From the NCBI RefSeq assembly GCF_009914755.1, contig NC_060930.1: 64,000 nucleotides of DNA. One strand, 5' to 3'. Below, in pieces: positions 41,386 through 56,859 of the stretch. The stretch is from the human T2T-CHM13v2.0 reference genome, Homo sapiens. The translations under genes and the position numbers were made by a program. The notes beneath the pieces were generated by a model. The model had not been told where the DNA came from, did no database searches, and saw nothing but the letters and a program-made list of their open reading frames with translations. Position 1 is the first letter of the stretch. Every line of letters starts with the position of its first letter.

Positions 41386-43329
41386 CTGAAAGACAGAAAG
41401 GGAGGAACGTTAGATTGACTTGGGTGCCTCAGTGCTGGGAGCAGATCCTGGCAACCCACACAGTTGCCTGGAAGCCTGGATGGGGGCCTGTCCTCTTCTC
41501 TTCTCCTTGACCTTGGGCCTAGGATTCTGGCTGCTGAGTGATCAGATGTGTATTTGTTCAGAAAGTGATATCAGGAGGAAGGAAGTAGGTGTACTGAAGA
41601 AGGGAGAGACTACCACAATTTCTTTTTCCCTCCCGTGTCAGGCCACCTGTTCCCTCTCCATCCCCATCTCTCTCTTTTCACTTTCCAGGCCCTCTTCGTT
41701 CCTATGGGCCAAAAAGATTTCCATAAAATAATGTCAAACAAGAACTTTTCCAGCTATTCCATAATTGACAAGTAGGGTCCAGAGATGAGGACAAGGAGGC
41801 ATCAAGGTCCTCAAATTCCAAAGAAAGCTGCAGTCAGTTGGGGTCAGACACTTTCCTTGGGGGCTCACTAAGAGATATCAAACTGGTCCTGCTACACTCA
41901 CCCATCAACCCAGCCCTTTTCCATCCCATTTTCTAGAAGAAGCCTGGGTTTTGGACAGTGGATGAGGAGGGAGGTGGAGGAGCTGTGAGGCATCAACCTA
42001 GCAGTGAGTGATGGTTTTATCTCAGCATGGAATGTGAAAATTGGAGACAGAGGCTGCTACATCCCACTACTGTGCATGGAAAGGGCAATTTCCTAAGGGC
42101 CAAATTGTCATCATGGAAGGTGGCTGAGCTTGAGCCATTTTTCTGGAGAAGGGGACCCAGAACAAGCAGCATTGGTGAGGATGGGAATAGAGGAAGACGC
42201 TCACCTGGAGTCAGAGCTCCCACAACATCATACTCAGCAGTGGGGACACCCCCAAAGAACTCTTCAGAGAATTCACACATCAGTGCCTTGGGAGAGTATA
42301 TGGACACTCAGAGAGGATCTCAAAGGGCTGGCAGACAAGCAATGACATCCAACAGGGAAAGCATTCCTACAACACTCAGTTAAGCCACATAACCATCTCC
42401 CCCTCCCTCATTCCTGCATCAACACACTAAGAGGGCCAAGAAGAGGTAACCAAGAGGAACCCCGCCTTCTTCACAGCCCAAGATGCAGGATGGGGAGCTG
42501 GGCAGCCAGTAACTTTCCTTCTCCACTTTAGATGCCTTGGACCATAAAACCTGGTCTTCAGGGGGCAGTGGAATATCCTATACTGCTAGATGACCAGAGT
42601 TTGTAGTTGGAATAAGGATTTTTTTTATTTCCTAATAACAGAAAAGGTCTGCAAAGTTGAAATCTTCACAAATTGTCCTTAAGAGGTGGAAAGTGAGATG
42701 TGACATAACATGATTAGAGGAAATGATGAGAAAAAATAAAAGCATATAATGTTTAATGTTTCTATCCCTAAATATTAAGACTTCAGTGAACCAGTTTCGA
42801 CTTCCCTGGGTCTCACTCAGAACTGGAGAGGGGAGCAATGAGATTTGGCTCCACATTTTAGCGACAGCATTTTCCCTAGTTCAGACCCTGTGGAAGATGG
42901 AGATGCAATTGGGTTAGGTGAACGGGGAAGGATGGATAGTAAATTGCATAATAACTGGCTGCCTTTTCCGGGGTCTTTAGCTGAGTCCTTTCCCTTTTCT
43001 ATCTAATAAATGTGGAAGGACCCCACGGCTTGGTGCTCCACTCTTTTTTGCCTACACTCAAGGGAGAGCTTTTAGATCTTGATATTTTTAAGAACTTTAT
43101 TGAGATATAACTCACATCCCATTTATAGTATAAAGCTCAGTGGTTCTTTATTATGCTTACAAAGTTATGCAACCATCATCACAGTGAGTTTCAGAACACC
43201 TTCATCATCTCCAAAAGAAACCCCTTACTGTTTATCTATGATTCTGTATCCCCTTTTCCTTCCCCCAGCCCTAAGCAACCACTAATCTACTTTCTGTGTC
43301 TGTAGATTTCTCTAATTCCCTGGACTTTA

Positions 43330-44385
43330 AACACTATCTTTATAGAGATACTTTCAAATACATACCCCAGCTCTGACCTCTCACCCTAGCTCCAGGCAGG
43401 TATATCACTGCTGGCTGCATTTCCCCACTTGGGGTTCTAGGAGGTATCTTAAACTTAACATGACAAAAGAGAGCTCTTGATTTTTCTCCTCCAAATTAGC
43501 TCCTCTTTCAGATTTACCCTACGCTATCAATGGTACCATCATCCACCTGCTGATCAAATAGAAAACCTTGGATCATCCATGATTCCTCCTTTTGGCTCAC
43601 CCCTCAACTGAGCAAATCCTGTCCTACCTTCAAAACATATGAGCTGAACAGAAAGTCTGAAAAACATAGATTTGAGCCCATTCACATCTCTCTGCCACTA
43701 GTGCCTACATTGTACTCCAGGCCACTGTTGTTTCCAGCCAGATGCCCACAATGGCCTCTCTACCCGTGTTCATACCATTCACAATCCATCCTCAACAAGT
43801 GGCCACTACATTCTTAAAAACAAGTCATGACAGCTCTCTGAGCTCTCTAGTAGCTTCCTCTTATACCTAAATTCCAACTTATGGTCTTCAGGGCTGCTTG
43901 ACTCTCCAACCTCCTCATTCATTGCCTCACACTCCATATAGAGTGACTAAATAAGCCTTATACAAGCCAAGCTCCTTCTGACCTCAGGACCTTTGCATAT
44001 TCAGCTCTTGCGACAAAGTGCTCTTCAAAGCACCCAGATTTCAACAGGGCTGGAAAATGCTCACCATTCAGGGCTCTGCTTGGTGTTGTCTGCTAAGGGA
44101 GGTGTTCTCTGACCCCCAGTACTTCAGTAGCTCCCCCACCACCGAGTCGCTTACTAGTTCATGAACACCTCTAGTTATTTGCAATTATTTGAAACAGTTC
44201 CTAGTTTCTTATGAACACCTCTTGTTTTCTGCAATTATTTGTCTGGATAATAAGTGTGCCTGTCATCTCCCATAGTGCAGGATTGTGAGTGTTTTTGCTC
44301 ACTGTCTCCTTAGAGCCTAGAATAGTGCCTGCCCCATAATAGGGGCTCAATGAATTATGTTGAAGCAATGAGTGAATAAAACACA
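43330..44385 (+). mobile_element. L2 LINE fragment
   Basis: tcttaaacttaacatgacaaaagagagctc ... ctcaatgaattatgttgaagcaatgagtgaat. Confidence 0.65.
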
Positions 44386-44660
44386 GCACAGACAGTGCCA
44401 AGTTTGAACCTTATCTCAGCCACCTGCTAGCTCTGGGACCCCGGACAAGCTCAGAGTCACACTGGGTTTTCAGGTCTCATTATCTTCATCTGTAAAATGG
44501 TGACAATAGTGCCACGAATAGTGCCATAAAGGCACTCTGAAAACACTACAGTGCAACATGACCACTGATGGATTATTATCCTTATTATCTCTGATGTTAG
44601 TGGAGTGTGGGGCAGGAGGGACTCCCTCCACCCGTCCCAGAGCCACTGCAGCCTGCTCAC

Positions 44661-44981
44661 CTGGAGACACATCCAGCTGGAAGCCCATCAAGGGGTACAG
44701 GATCCCAGAGGTGTTGCGCATGCACCAGTATCGGCCTGAGTCCTGGAGCTTGAGGGCCACCATGGTGATGTTGACCACCTTGGCCTGGGCGTCGTCCTGC
44801 AGCAAGTAGCGGGGCCCTTTCACCCAGACTCGGGCAAAGCCAGGCTCACACTTCTTCTTCCTGATTTTGCACCAAACCTTGCCCTCCACGCGGTTTTTGT
44901 AGCCCTTATAGGAGCACTGCACAGACAGAGTCTCCCCTTCAAGGAGCCTCACTTTTGTGTATACACTGTCAGCAGAGGGGC
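44661..44981 (-). CDS. TREML2: TREML2 exon 2, IgV domain
   Basis: GPSADSVYTKVRLLEGETLSVQC...KVWC...DSGRYWC...LDVSP. Confidence 0.97.
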
Positions 44982-45395
44982 CTGTGGAGACAATACTTAT
45001 TGAATAAGGTCTGGCAAGAGGAGAGGAAGAAGACATCATGAAAGTTGAAGATCATGGTGAAGGGTAGAGTGGATATTGTCCTGCTGTCACAGAACCCACA
45101 GATTGAGGGGGAAATACAGCCCCGCCTTCAGGGAGCTTGCCCCAATCTGAAGGGAGGTGAATGGGCCCTGAAAACAGCTAGCTTCCAGTATTACAGTGGA
45201 GACACAACCCCCGCTCTCAGGGAGCTTTCAGTCTGATGGAGGAGGCAGGTATATCCCTCAGTGAGTCCCCAGTCTAATGGAGGAAACGCAGCATTTACAC
45301 TCGGAGCTCCATCAGACACAGCCCCTTTCCTCATGGTATTTTCTAGTCTGATGGGAAAGTGACAAGCTCTGTCTTCAGGGATTCCCAGGGAATTC

Positions 45396-45712
<317 letters not shown>

Positions 45713-46606
45713 ATCCCAGGGAATTCTTGTGGGAAAAACCCAGGTCATGCCCTCAGTGAGACAGATGCAGAGACACAAACACAGGTCATTAAGTTGTGAA
45801 ATTTCAGTGCCCAACTAACTAGGTAGATAAGAAAATCTAGTATTTGAAAATATGATTAACAGTTATTTATTTCACAAATAGGTTCACTTAGTCCTCTTTA
45901 AATAATAACTCTCCTTAGTTCATTCCATCTGGTGTTTAGTTTTAAAATATTCTAGTTACATAAAACCCATAGATCAAGCCTGTCTAAATATACATGTAAA
46001 CAAACTCCCAATGGAGTGTGAACCACAGGATTCTACAATTATTCACTTTCCACCTGCAATATCTTTCTCTCTATGCTGAGGAGTAAGATGTGGTCCAAGC
46101 CTTCATAATCCACAGTCTGGTAGAGACAGAGCAGAACTGGGGTGTGCAGGGTGACTCAGGGGACAGAGAGAGGGAGAAAGCTGCCTTGGGCTCCCTCCAC
46201 CCCTCTGCCTGCCTTAAGCTCAGCTGACTCTTCTGATAATTTCACCCCAGAGTCTTCCAAAAAAACCACATATAAAAAGACTCTCCCCCATAGTAGAGAA
46301 CAGAGAGCACACATTTTGGAGTCAAAATAAACAAGGGTTGAAACCCTGTTTCTACCACTTAGTGGTGTGATTAGGTCACCTGTTTGATACAGAAATATCA
46401 AAACAGACACTTGACTGATACAGAAATATCTCTGTTTCTTTATCAGTCAAGTGAGAATAGCACCACACCCCTCACAGGTTGCTGTGAGAATTCTGCCCCA
46501 GGTCAGTGCTTTGCACACAGTGCATGCTCAACTCATGCTTCCTTTTCCCACATGCTGGGGCCTCCCAGTTCCCCCAATGGAACCCAGAGCTGTGACAGTC
46601 AAGGGC

Positions 46607-46654
46607 CCAGAATCCAGGACATCTGTCCCACCAGAATCCAGGATATCCGTCCCA
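46607..46654. repeat. 24-bp tandem duplication
   Basis: ccagaatccaggacatctgtccca / ccagaatccaggatatccgtccca. Confidence 0.9.
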
Positions 46655-47505
46655 AGTCCCAGCCAGCAGCCACTAGAGCTGAGGCTCTGTGTGAAGCAGC
46701 ACCCTCTCTAAGCATCCCTCTGTCCCTTGCAAACTAAACAGAATGATCCAACTTCATTATTTGGTGGATGAGCCCAGGATTTCTTAGCACAAGAGAGACC
46801 CCTTTCTGCCCTGGCAGTGGGAAGCTGTTTCTCTACCCTCTGGGAGGTGCAGAGTTGGGTGACCTTGGGATGGGTCTCCAGGGCAATGTCTTCATGTGTG
46901 CCTACACCTCCCACCCCTCTCACAGGCAGTGGTGAGTTTTGCCAACCCCCACCATGCCCAGAACTGAACAGGAAGTGGTAACTTGGTTGCCATGGCAGCG
47001 AGAGGGGCAGGAATGGGTGAGGTTCCTCAAGGAGCATTGGTATCTGTGAGGTGGGAAAGGCATTCACACACTGGTCCCTTCAGGACAGAGGCAGGGACAG
47101 GATGTGGCATCAGCATTTCAAGAAAAATGTTCAAATTCAGTTCAAAACACACATGATGCAATGATTGCTGTCATAACTAAGCAGGGCTTCCTGACAGAGG
47201 CCAAGCAGAGAAAGCTATTTGTGTGAGGAAATTGAGGGCTCTGCTTTAAAGCCTGAGGAAGCCTAGCAGATAAAGGAGCCAATGCAGAGAGGGTCCAGAG
47301 CTTTATCTTGGCTTGGGAGGCCTGGGTTAGCTTCGCCTGGGGCCTGATATTAGGGTAAAGAGCTAAGTCAGCCCTAATCTCCTCCTTCCCCAACCCACAA
47401 AACACTAAACAAGAAAACTGCTGGTAAGGAGGGTAAGAAAAAGGCCCTGAGCTCCTGCCTCTGTACCCACTCCCTCCTCCACAAGTCAGCCCCTTCTCCC
47501 CTCAC

Positions 47506-47560
47506 CTGAGACGCAACCCTGTGGCCACAGCAGCAGCAGCAGCAGGAAGGCTGGGGCCAT
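47506..47560 (-). CDS. TREML2: TREML2 exon 1, signal peptide
   Basis: accATGG Kozak; MAPAFLLLLLLWPQGCVS plus 1 nt; donor CAG|GTGAG. Confidence 0.97.
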
Positions 47561-48841
47561 GGTTCCATCCAGCTGGGCAGTGTCAGGCCTGGAGATCCAA
47601 GGTGAGGGCCCACCCGACACAGGATGTGCCACCTGGGCCTGCCAGGGAAGGACCCGGGGTTCTAAAAGTGAAGCTGCCCATTTAGGGAAGTGAGGCAGTG
47701 TGGGACCCACTGCCCCCAGCCAACCGCAGGGATTCATTGAGCCTATTATGAGGGCGGTGCTGGCAGCTGTTTCCGCCCTTTTCCTCGGAACTTCAGGCAG
47801 GTGTGGCTGCTCCACCCAGTCTGGGGCCCCAAGCCGGGAGGACTCACAGTCAGAGGGCTCCCCGCCCTCCCCAACCTCCCCCAGAAACTGGTCCCTAGGA
47901 TCCAGCAAGGGGGCTGGGGTGAGGCTTCTGGAACGTCAGGTATAGACCTTCCTGGAATCTTCTGGGCTCAGAGACCCAGGGGTGCGGGCTCTTAGGCTGA
48001 GATGGAGCATCTCAGACCCTAGTTTCTTACATATATACATTCACAGGGAAGTTCTTATAAACTCTCATTCATTCATTCATTGCAGATTCTTTCTGTTCCT
48101 TCCTCTCTCTCTCTCCCAGGCTCCTGGCTGCTCAGAACAGTCACTTGTGTTCACTGTTGCAAATAACCTCTTACAGGCTCACTTGAAATCTTACTTTTGT
48201 CAAGCGGGAAAAATGCAAATTGTTAAGACTCAGGGCATAAATTTTGGGTTGAGGGAGGGGTTCCTGTACTCTCACACACAGGTGTGCATGCACATGCACT
48301 CACACTCACAGTCTCACTTTGTCTTTTATTCACTTTCACACACACACACACACGCCCATGCACACAGTCTCACACACACCCCAGCAGCCTCTCCTTTTCC
48401 CTATCCATACGTCTCCTCTCTCTGTCCCTCTCCCTGCCTCTCCTCCTGTCGACTCTACTCACCATCAGCTCCCTCTAGACTCCTAGTCCCTCGTGCAGGC
48501 TTCCTACAGCCTCCGCAGTACTTCCCCTCACCCACCTCATCTCAAGACCCCCTTCCTCCCCTGCCTCCAGCCTACGTCAGCACGCAGGCAAGTGCCCTCC
48601 ACTTCCTCCTGCTCAATGCTATCTCGCCTGTACAGCCACCAGCTCCAGTGGAAATGACCCAGCACTAGGCCCAAGACCACACCCTTCACTTACCCCAAGG
48701 CCTAGAATCAGAAGCATCAATTTTTGATGTCCGGTACCTGTGTCATCTGCTCCTTCAGTGTGTGGGGACCCAGCTGGACTCCCGTGATTATGTATGCTCC
48801 CCCTACTCACTAGTGCCATGTTTCTACTCCTTAGATGGGAC

Positions 48842-49262
48842 TGTCAAAAGGTAAACTGAGGCACAATAAAATTTTAAACAGATTATTTCAGCAAACAACA
48901 ATTCATGAATCAGGCAGCTCCAAACAGAAGAGGTTGAGGAGCTCCACTGGGGGAATGCAAGGGGAAGACTCCTACAGGACAAGTAAACTGAAGAAAATAT
49001 TTAATTAGTTATAGTTATATAGTTCCCTTATTTGGCCTATCCTGTTGGAAAGACCCTAGTTAATTATATAAGTTTCTTTTGATTGGTTGAGCTTAAGTTC
49101 TATTTTTCCTTAATATACACATTTACAAGAAATAGCTCGTGTTAAGTTTCACTGATATTTGCAAATCAAGCAAAGTTGAGGTCACTTATGAGGCCTAACT
49201 GTTTTTTTAATTTTTGCTCAGGGACTCTTCAGGCCTGGTCTCCATTTTCATTAATTTTAACA
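48842..49262. mobile_element. ERV1-type solo LTR ~1.3 kb upstream of the TREML2 ATG
   Basis: tgtcaa...ttaaca ends; TSD ggac; subfamily not assigned. Confidence 0.65.
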
Positions 49263-49969
49263 GGACTCAGAGCAAAAAGTCCTCAAGCTTGCATGGCCAC
49301 AATCTTACATTGACCTTGAAGCCCCAAGCTCCAAGCAAAGAAGTCTATCTCGGCTGACCCTAAGCTTTTGTAGTCTCTCAACTCATTCACTCACTCATTC
49401 ATTCATTCATTTGTTCATTCCCACAACCTCATTGCTATGCATGGGGCTAGGTAGGCACTGGGGGCGTAGGAATGAGACACGATTGTCACTTGAGACCTCT
49501 CAGCTCACAGACGTGTTTTGTTTTCCTTATTCACCCTTCCTTTTTCAATGTTTCTCACCCAGTCCTCAGAACTTCCTGAGCTCCCTGAGTTCAGGGGCCA
49601 TCTCCCCTCCCCAGCACACACAGTAAGTTCCTCCATCCCTTCCCCCATCAGGACAGTAAGTTGCTTCAGGAGTGGGGGATTTATCTCTTGTGGGGACTTT
49701 ATGCGCTTGGAATCCATGATTCTATGAAACTGATACAGTGCGCCCAGCACTGAGCCAATCATCATCTAAAGTGTGACCCTTGGGATCACTGTGCTGATGA
49801 GGGTAGAAAGAATCAAACATTCATTCGCTGATCGAGGAAGTATGCACTGGATTCAATCTTTCTTAAGAGAAATTTGGAAGCATTGGTCAAAATCATTAAA
49901 AATACGTATATATTAGACTTTTACATCTATCATTTGATTTAATACAGCAGTGTATTTTGTCTTTATATT

Positions 49970-52200
49970 TATTTTTCCCATTTAAAAATTAAGGCCTAAT
50001 TTACATACAGTACTATTCACCCCTTTCAGTGACGAGTTCTGGGAGTTCTAGAGACTTGTATCCAATGCCGTAATGGAGACAGAGAAGAGTGCCATCATCC
50101 CCAAAAGCTTTCCTCTGCTCCTTATTAGTCATCCCTTCAGTCCCAGACAAACACTGATCTGGTGGGGTTTTTTCCTGTCATTTCTCTCTTTCCAGAATGG
50201 AAAAGTGAAGCACTTTATGTTGATTTATTCTGGTGAAGTCCAATATATAATTTTTATGAATCAATTTTTATGTCATATCTAATAAATCTTTGCTTAACCC
50301 AAGGTCACAATGACTTTTTTCAACAATTCTGTGAGCTATAATTCACATAATATAAAACTGACCCATCTAAAGCATACAATTCAGTGGTTTTCAATATATT
50401 CACTGAGTTGTACAACTAACACCAATTTTGCAGGATTTCCCCACCCAAAGAAACCCCATGCCCGTTAGCAGGCACTCCCTGGATCCGTTTACTGCAGACT
50501 TGGTGGCTTAAAACAGTATTAAGTTATTGTCTCGCCATTCTGAAGGCAGAAGTCTGAAGTCAGTTCACACTGTATTGAGATGAAGATGTCGACAGGGCTG
50601 CAGTCTCTCCAGAGACACTAGGGAAAAATTTGTTCCTTGCCTTTCCAGCTTCAGGTAGCTGCCAGCATTCTTTGGTTTGGGGCTGTTTTACTCCAATCTT
50701 CAAGGCCAGCATCTTCAGTCTCCCTCTGCTCCATCTTCCCATCACTTTCTCCTCTTTGTGTTCAAATCCCACTCTGACTCTCTTACATAAGGATACATGT
50801 GATTGCATTTAGTTCCCATCTACGTAATCCAGGATAATCTCACCATCTCAAGATGTTTAACTCACTCATATCAGCAAAGATCATTTTTTTTTTGTTTTTT
50901 GCCATATAAGGGTAACAATCACAGGTTCCAGGGATTAGGACACAGATATCTTTTAACAGACCATTTATCAGCTTACCACAGTCCCCATTCCTACAGTCCC
51001 AGGCAACCACTAATATTTTTGTCTTTCTAGACAAAAATATCTTCAATCAAAAATGCCTTTATCAATTCTGGATATGTCATAAAAACATAATTGAACAATA
51101 TGTGTTCCTTGTGACTGGATTCTTTCATTTGGCATGTTTTCCAGGTTTGTCCATGTTGTAGCTGTACTTGTGCTATACGTTGTATTAATACATCATTCCT
51201 TTTAAAGGCTGAATAATATTCCACTGAATGGATATATATGTTTACCATTTATCAGTTGACAAATATTTTATTTGTTTCCACTGTTCAACTATTATAAGCA
51301 GTGTTACTATGACTATTCATGTACAAGTTTTTGTGTGGACATACGTTTTCATTTCTCTTGAGTACATAACCAATAGTAGAACTACTGGGTCATATGGCAA
51401 CTCTATGTTTAACATTTTCAGGAACTACCAATAGTTTTCCAAAGTGGCTGCAAATTTTACACCCTCTCCAGCAATGTATGAGTTCTCATTTCTCTACAAT
51501 CTCTCCAATACTTGTATTGGCTTTCTGTTTACAGCCATCCAGTGAATGTACTTAAGTTTTGAATTGTAGTTACCTAATGACTAATGATATTGAGCATCTT
51601 CATCTTGAGCATGCACAATTTGTTCATTTGTATACCCTTGGAAAAATATTTATTCAATTGTGTTGTTTGTCTTTTACAGCATTTGAACAATGTTGTGCCA
51701 CATTTTTCTGGCTTCAATTGTTTCAGATAAGAAATTCACTACAATTAGAATTGGTATTCCTTTATAGATAATTATTTCTCTCTGGCCATTTTTACGATAT
51801 TTTCTTTGTCTTTACTTCTCAGAAGGCTATCTATGCTGTGTCTTGGTGTGTATTTCTTTGGGCTTATTATATTTGGGATAAAATCAGATTCTTGTATTTG
51901 TAACTTTAGGTCTTTGGGCAGATTTGATTACTTTAGACGTTTCTTTGAATACATTTTCAGTCTCACATTTTTTCTCCTTTCCTTCTGGGACTCTGATGAT
52001 GCAAAGGTTAGCTCTTATGTTAATGTCCCGCAGATAGCTGACGTTCTGGTCATTTATTTTCAGTCTGTTTTCTCTCTGATCAGACTGAGTAAATTTTCTC
52101 AGTCTGCCTTCCAGTTAACTAATTACATCCTCTGTCATCTCCACTCTCCTACGGAGTCCACGTAGTCAGCTTTTAATTTTGGTTATTGTCGTTTTTAGTT
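49970..52200 (-). mobile_element. Old L1M fragments with a nested MLT1 LTR (~50485-50980)
   Basis: L1 3'UTR-like text; MLT1 motifs (ggatacatgtgattgcattt, taatccaggataatct). Confidence 0.6.
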
Positions 52201-52836
52201 CCCACATATTCTATTGTCATTCTGTTCCCAGAAGAAGAAAAAAGAGTAAATGGAGCAGAAGAACTATTAATACTTGAAAAAATGGTACCGAGGATTTTTC
52301 AGAATTAGACAAATATCTAAGACATCAAATTGAATGTATTCAGAGAGTTCCAAATAGAATGGATACTTAAATAGCCCATATTAAGCATACTATAATAAAA
52401 ATTCAAAGAGAAAATTATAAAAATGTTCCAGAGATAAAATAGGTCAGTAAAGATGAATAACCATCAGACTGTTATCAGACATTTCCATAGCAACACTGGG
52501 AAGGTAAGAAAACAATGAAATATGTTCAAAATTTTGAAGAAGTATATGTCTTTTACATGTTAACTTATGACATAAAATTTGCCACCCACTTGAAAATTGT
52601 GGTTAAGGGAATTACGACAATTTTGAGGCCAAGGATGTTAAGATAAAATATTTAAAAGTTATAACTAAATGCTAGCTCTTAGCATCTGATTGAGGAAGAC
52701 CTATTTTTGTTTAGTCCACTTTTATCCCACTACCCATGTTCTTTAAGTGAAGCTCAGTATTTCCATACTGTAAGTGAACACGTCCCAATCTGCTGCAGTT
52801 GCATAAGTTCAGTAAATCGAGAAAAGATTGGGTTCA

Positions 52837-53262
<426 letters not shown>

Positions 53263-53956
53263 AGATAATCATACTTCTAGCCCCCATGTAGCATCACTCA
53301 GCTACATTTACTCTTGCCTTCCATTTTTTTTTATTGGCAATACTATTCCATAGGTTGTGCTGTGTACTTCACATAGACTCACAGAAAATAATCTCTAGTG
53401 TCTAGATTCGTGTTTCGGGCAACACAAGCTGACAGCATTACTTAGACATCTGAGATCGTAAAACTCAGCTGATGCCACCTGGGTATAAGTCCTAAAGGAA
53501 ATCTCACCTGATTCTACCAGAGAACATGATGGACAATATTCCTCACAGCATTGTTTGCAATATGAAGAAGTGGAGGCAAAACAGCACATGCACCCTGGGT
53601 TCAGAATGATACACTGTGGGATATGTACACAATGGAATAAGCACTGAAAAGAAGTGGGCTCTGTATATGTACCCGGGAAGGAGCAAAACGAATATATGAA
53701 AAATGTCTATCACAATTTCTTATATGTAAGTTAAAATACAGTCACAGAAAAAAAAGCTGCAGGCTTTACAAGAATATATTCAAATTTAAGGTTACATATC
53801 ACATGCATTAGAGTGGTTGCCTTGGAGGGGAAGGCAAGTGGAAATAGGGAATGAGGATTAAAAAAATAAAGAAAGCAAAAGTTGTGCCTCTCACAGATAG
53901 GTGATGGTCATGTGGAAGGAGCTGAGATATACATGAAGAGACTTCTGTTCGATGCC

Positions 53957-54662
<706 letters not shown>

Positions 54663-56859
54663 AGAAAATGGTACTTTCTTTATGGTGGCCTTTTTCAGGG
54701 CTGGCATTCAGCTGCTATGCAGTGGTACCCCAAATTGGTTGTTCATGGTGGACCCCCATTTTGAGTAGTCAATCCCAGTCTCGCTAGATGTTACCTGGTT
54801 GGAAAATGACTGTGCCTTTTCTTGCTTCACAGATGTGTGCTCCTCTTCTGTTCCCCAAAACATTTATCTTTCACCCACCATCAAATATTGTTAGTTCAAC
54901 TTGATTTTCTCTTTTAGGCTATGAATCTCCTCACACGTTAAACAAACAGAATTTTGACCCCTGATGATGAGATTCCATTGAATGTTCTGGGTCCTGTTTT
55001 AGGCTGCTGAATCCACTGCTCTTGTCATTTAAGGCATCTGATTTTTTCTTTTACTTCTAGGACTTCCTCAGTTTCCAGTCTGCTGATTACAGCCTTTCTT
55101 AGTTTCAATTTTATTATTTATTTTTAAGTCATTTCTTTCTCATTTAGGGTGGGAGGGGAGGAGGGTGAGGGGATACATCTGCTTTCTTGCTTAGTTGCCT
55201 CTGACACATTTCAGTTCAGAGGTTGAATTTAATCAAGCACAAGAGGAAATTGATAGGACTCTCGGGTAGACCACTAACAAACAGGGAAAATGTGAGGCAT
55301 CCTGGAGACCTGCTGAGGTGGGGCTGAGAGAACCACGGAGTGCTGGAGAGGAGCCCGGGCACAGCTGAAGATGCTGAGCTGAGCGTTGACCCGGATGCAG
55401 AAACCCCCACCCCAGGTCTTTCCAATGGCGAAAGTCAGGGCAGGGGAAGTAGATCTAAGAGGGGTCAGTGCAGGGGTGAGGGGTCACCACCAGGGAGATC
55501 AGGGGCTGAAAGTTCTCTCCAATAGGCTTAGTGCTGGCCTTTCCTCACAGACAAATGGGGGGCAACGCTTAGGGCAGCTCCCAATAGCTGGGCAGGGGAA
55601 GAACTGGGATTCATCCTGGATCCATGCTGTGACTCATGCACCCAAGGGTCCTGGGGCAAGGCTGGGCTGATACAATCAGAAACCTCCATCACTGCTGTCC
55701 TGAAATGTGGCAAGAGAAGGAACGTCATGAATGGAAGTGATACTTTCCCTGACCCTCTTTTCTGCCTCTTTGTCTCACCCTGTGCCTGTTACCTGTTCCT
55801 CCTCTTTCCCTCCCTTCTCCCTGTCACCTGCTTCCTTCCCTGCCCCTTCCTGTCTCCTAAACCTTCTACCCAGGCACTCTCAGCTTTGTCCTCCTGGCCT
55901 TGTTCCTCTCAGGACAAAGACAGAGGCAGAGTCCTGGAATGGGACTTCCAGAAAGCCTCTGTCTTTTTCTAAGGTTTGTGTCTGCAGGAAGGCAGAGATT
56001 GCAAGGAAACACATGTTTAAATTGGACTCAGCTGTCATTTTTCCTGCCTCTGTGATCTGGCTTCTTTTTCCTAGCCATCTTTCTAGGAACAGAGTCTGGC
56101 CCCAGCTCCATTGCCCCCCAGGCCAAACCCAGGCCCCACTCACCTGTGGCACCTGCAGGTCAGGAACACAAACAGGACTCACAGCATCAGGCCCTTGGCC
56201 AGGAGGAGTCCACACAACACAGAGACCAGGAGTTTGGGGCCAGCTGAGCCAAGGCAGATGGGGGCACTTGATTTCCTGCAGTGAGGAAGGAGAAAGGAGG
56301 ATGGACTTGGGCCAGGATGTCACCTGCTGCTGCTGTGTCCCTTAGCCAGGCCCCTTGTGGCTGGAGATGTTTGTATAGAGGCCCGCCCTGAACTGACTAT
56401 GACACAGGGGTATGGGGCAGGAGCCACAGAGGTCTCTGGGACTGAGAGGAGACCTAGTCAGAAGGAACTTCAAAGTCTTGAATGGAGGAAAAAGCTGGCC
56501 AGGGGAAGAACAAGGGATTGGAGTTCAGGGAAGGGGAGGGATAGAGCCGGGGCAGTAGGAACTCTCCCTAACTAGGTCAGGTAGGACAGGACTATCAGGA
56601 GCCTCTTAGGAATCAGAGCAAAGGGCATCTTTAAGACCGGCCAAGATATCACACCTGAAGGAATGAGGCCCAGACACTGCACAGGACCTGACTAGACCCT
56701 TAGAAGCAGTGACAGAGCACAGACCTAGACCTCCTGTCTGCTGGTGCCAGCGGTCCTCCCAGGTCCCCTCTGTGTGGCGCCTACTCCTGGCCTGCCTATC
56801 TCTGATTCTGTGACTACTACCCTTTCCCAGCAAATCTGCTTTTCCCTTGTGGCCTCAGT

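Noticed and set aside
47982-48668. 228-aa plus-strand ORF upstream of TREML2
   Set aside because: Non-ATG start, low-complexity CA/CT-derived sequence, no recognisable domain
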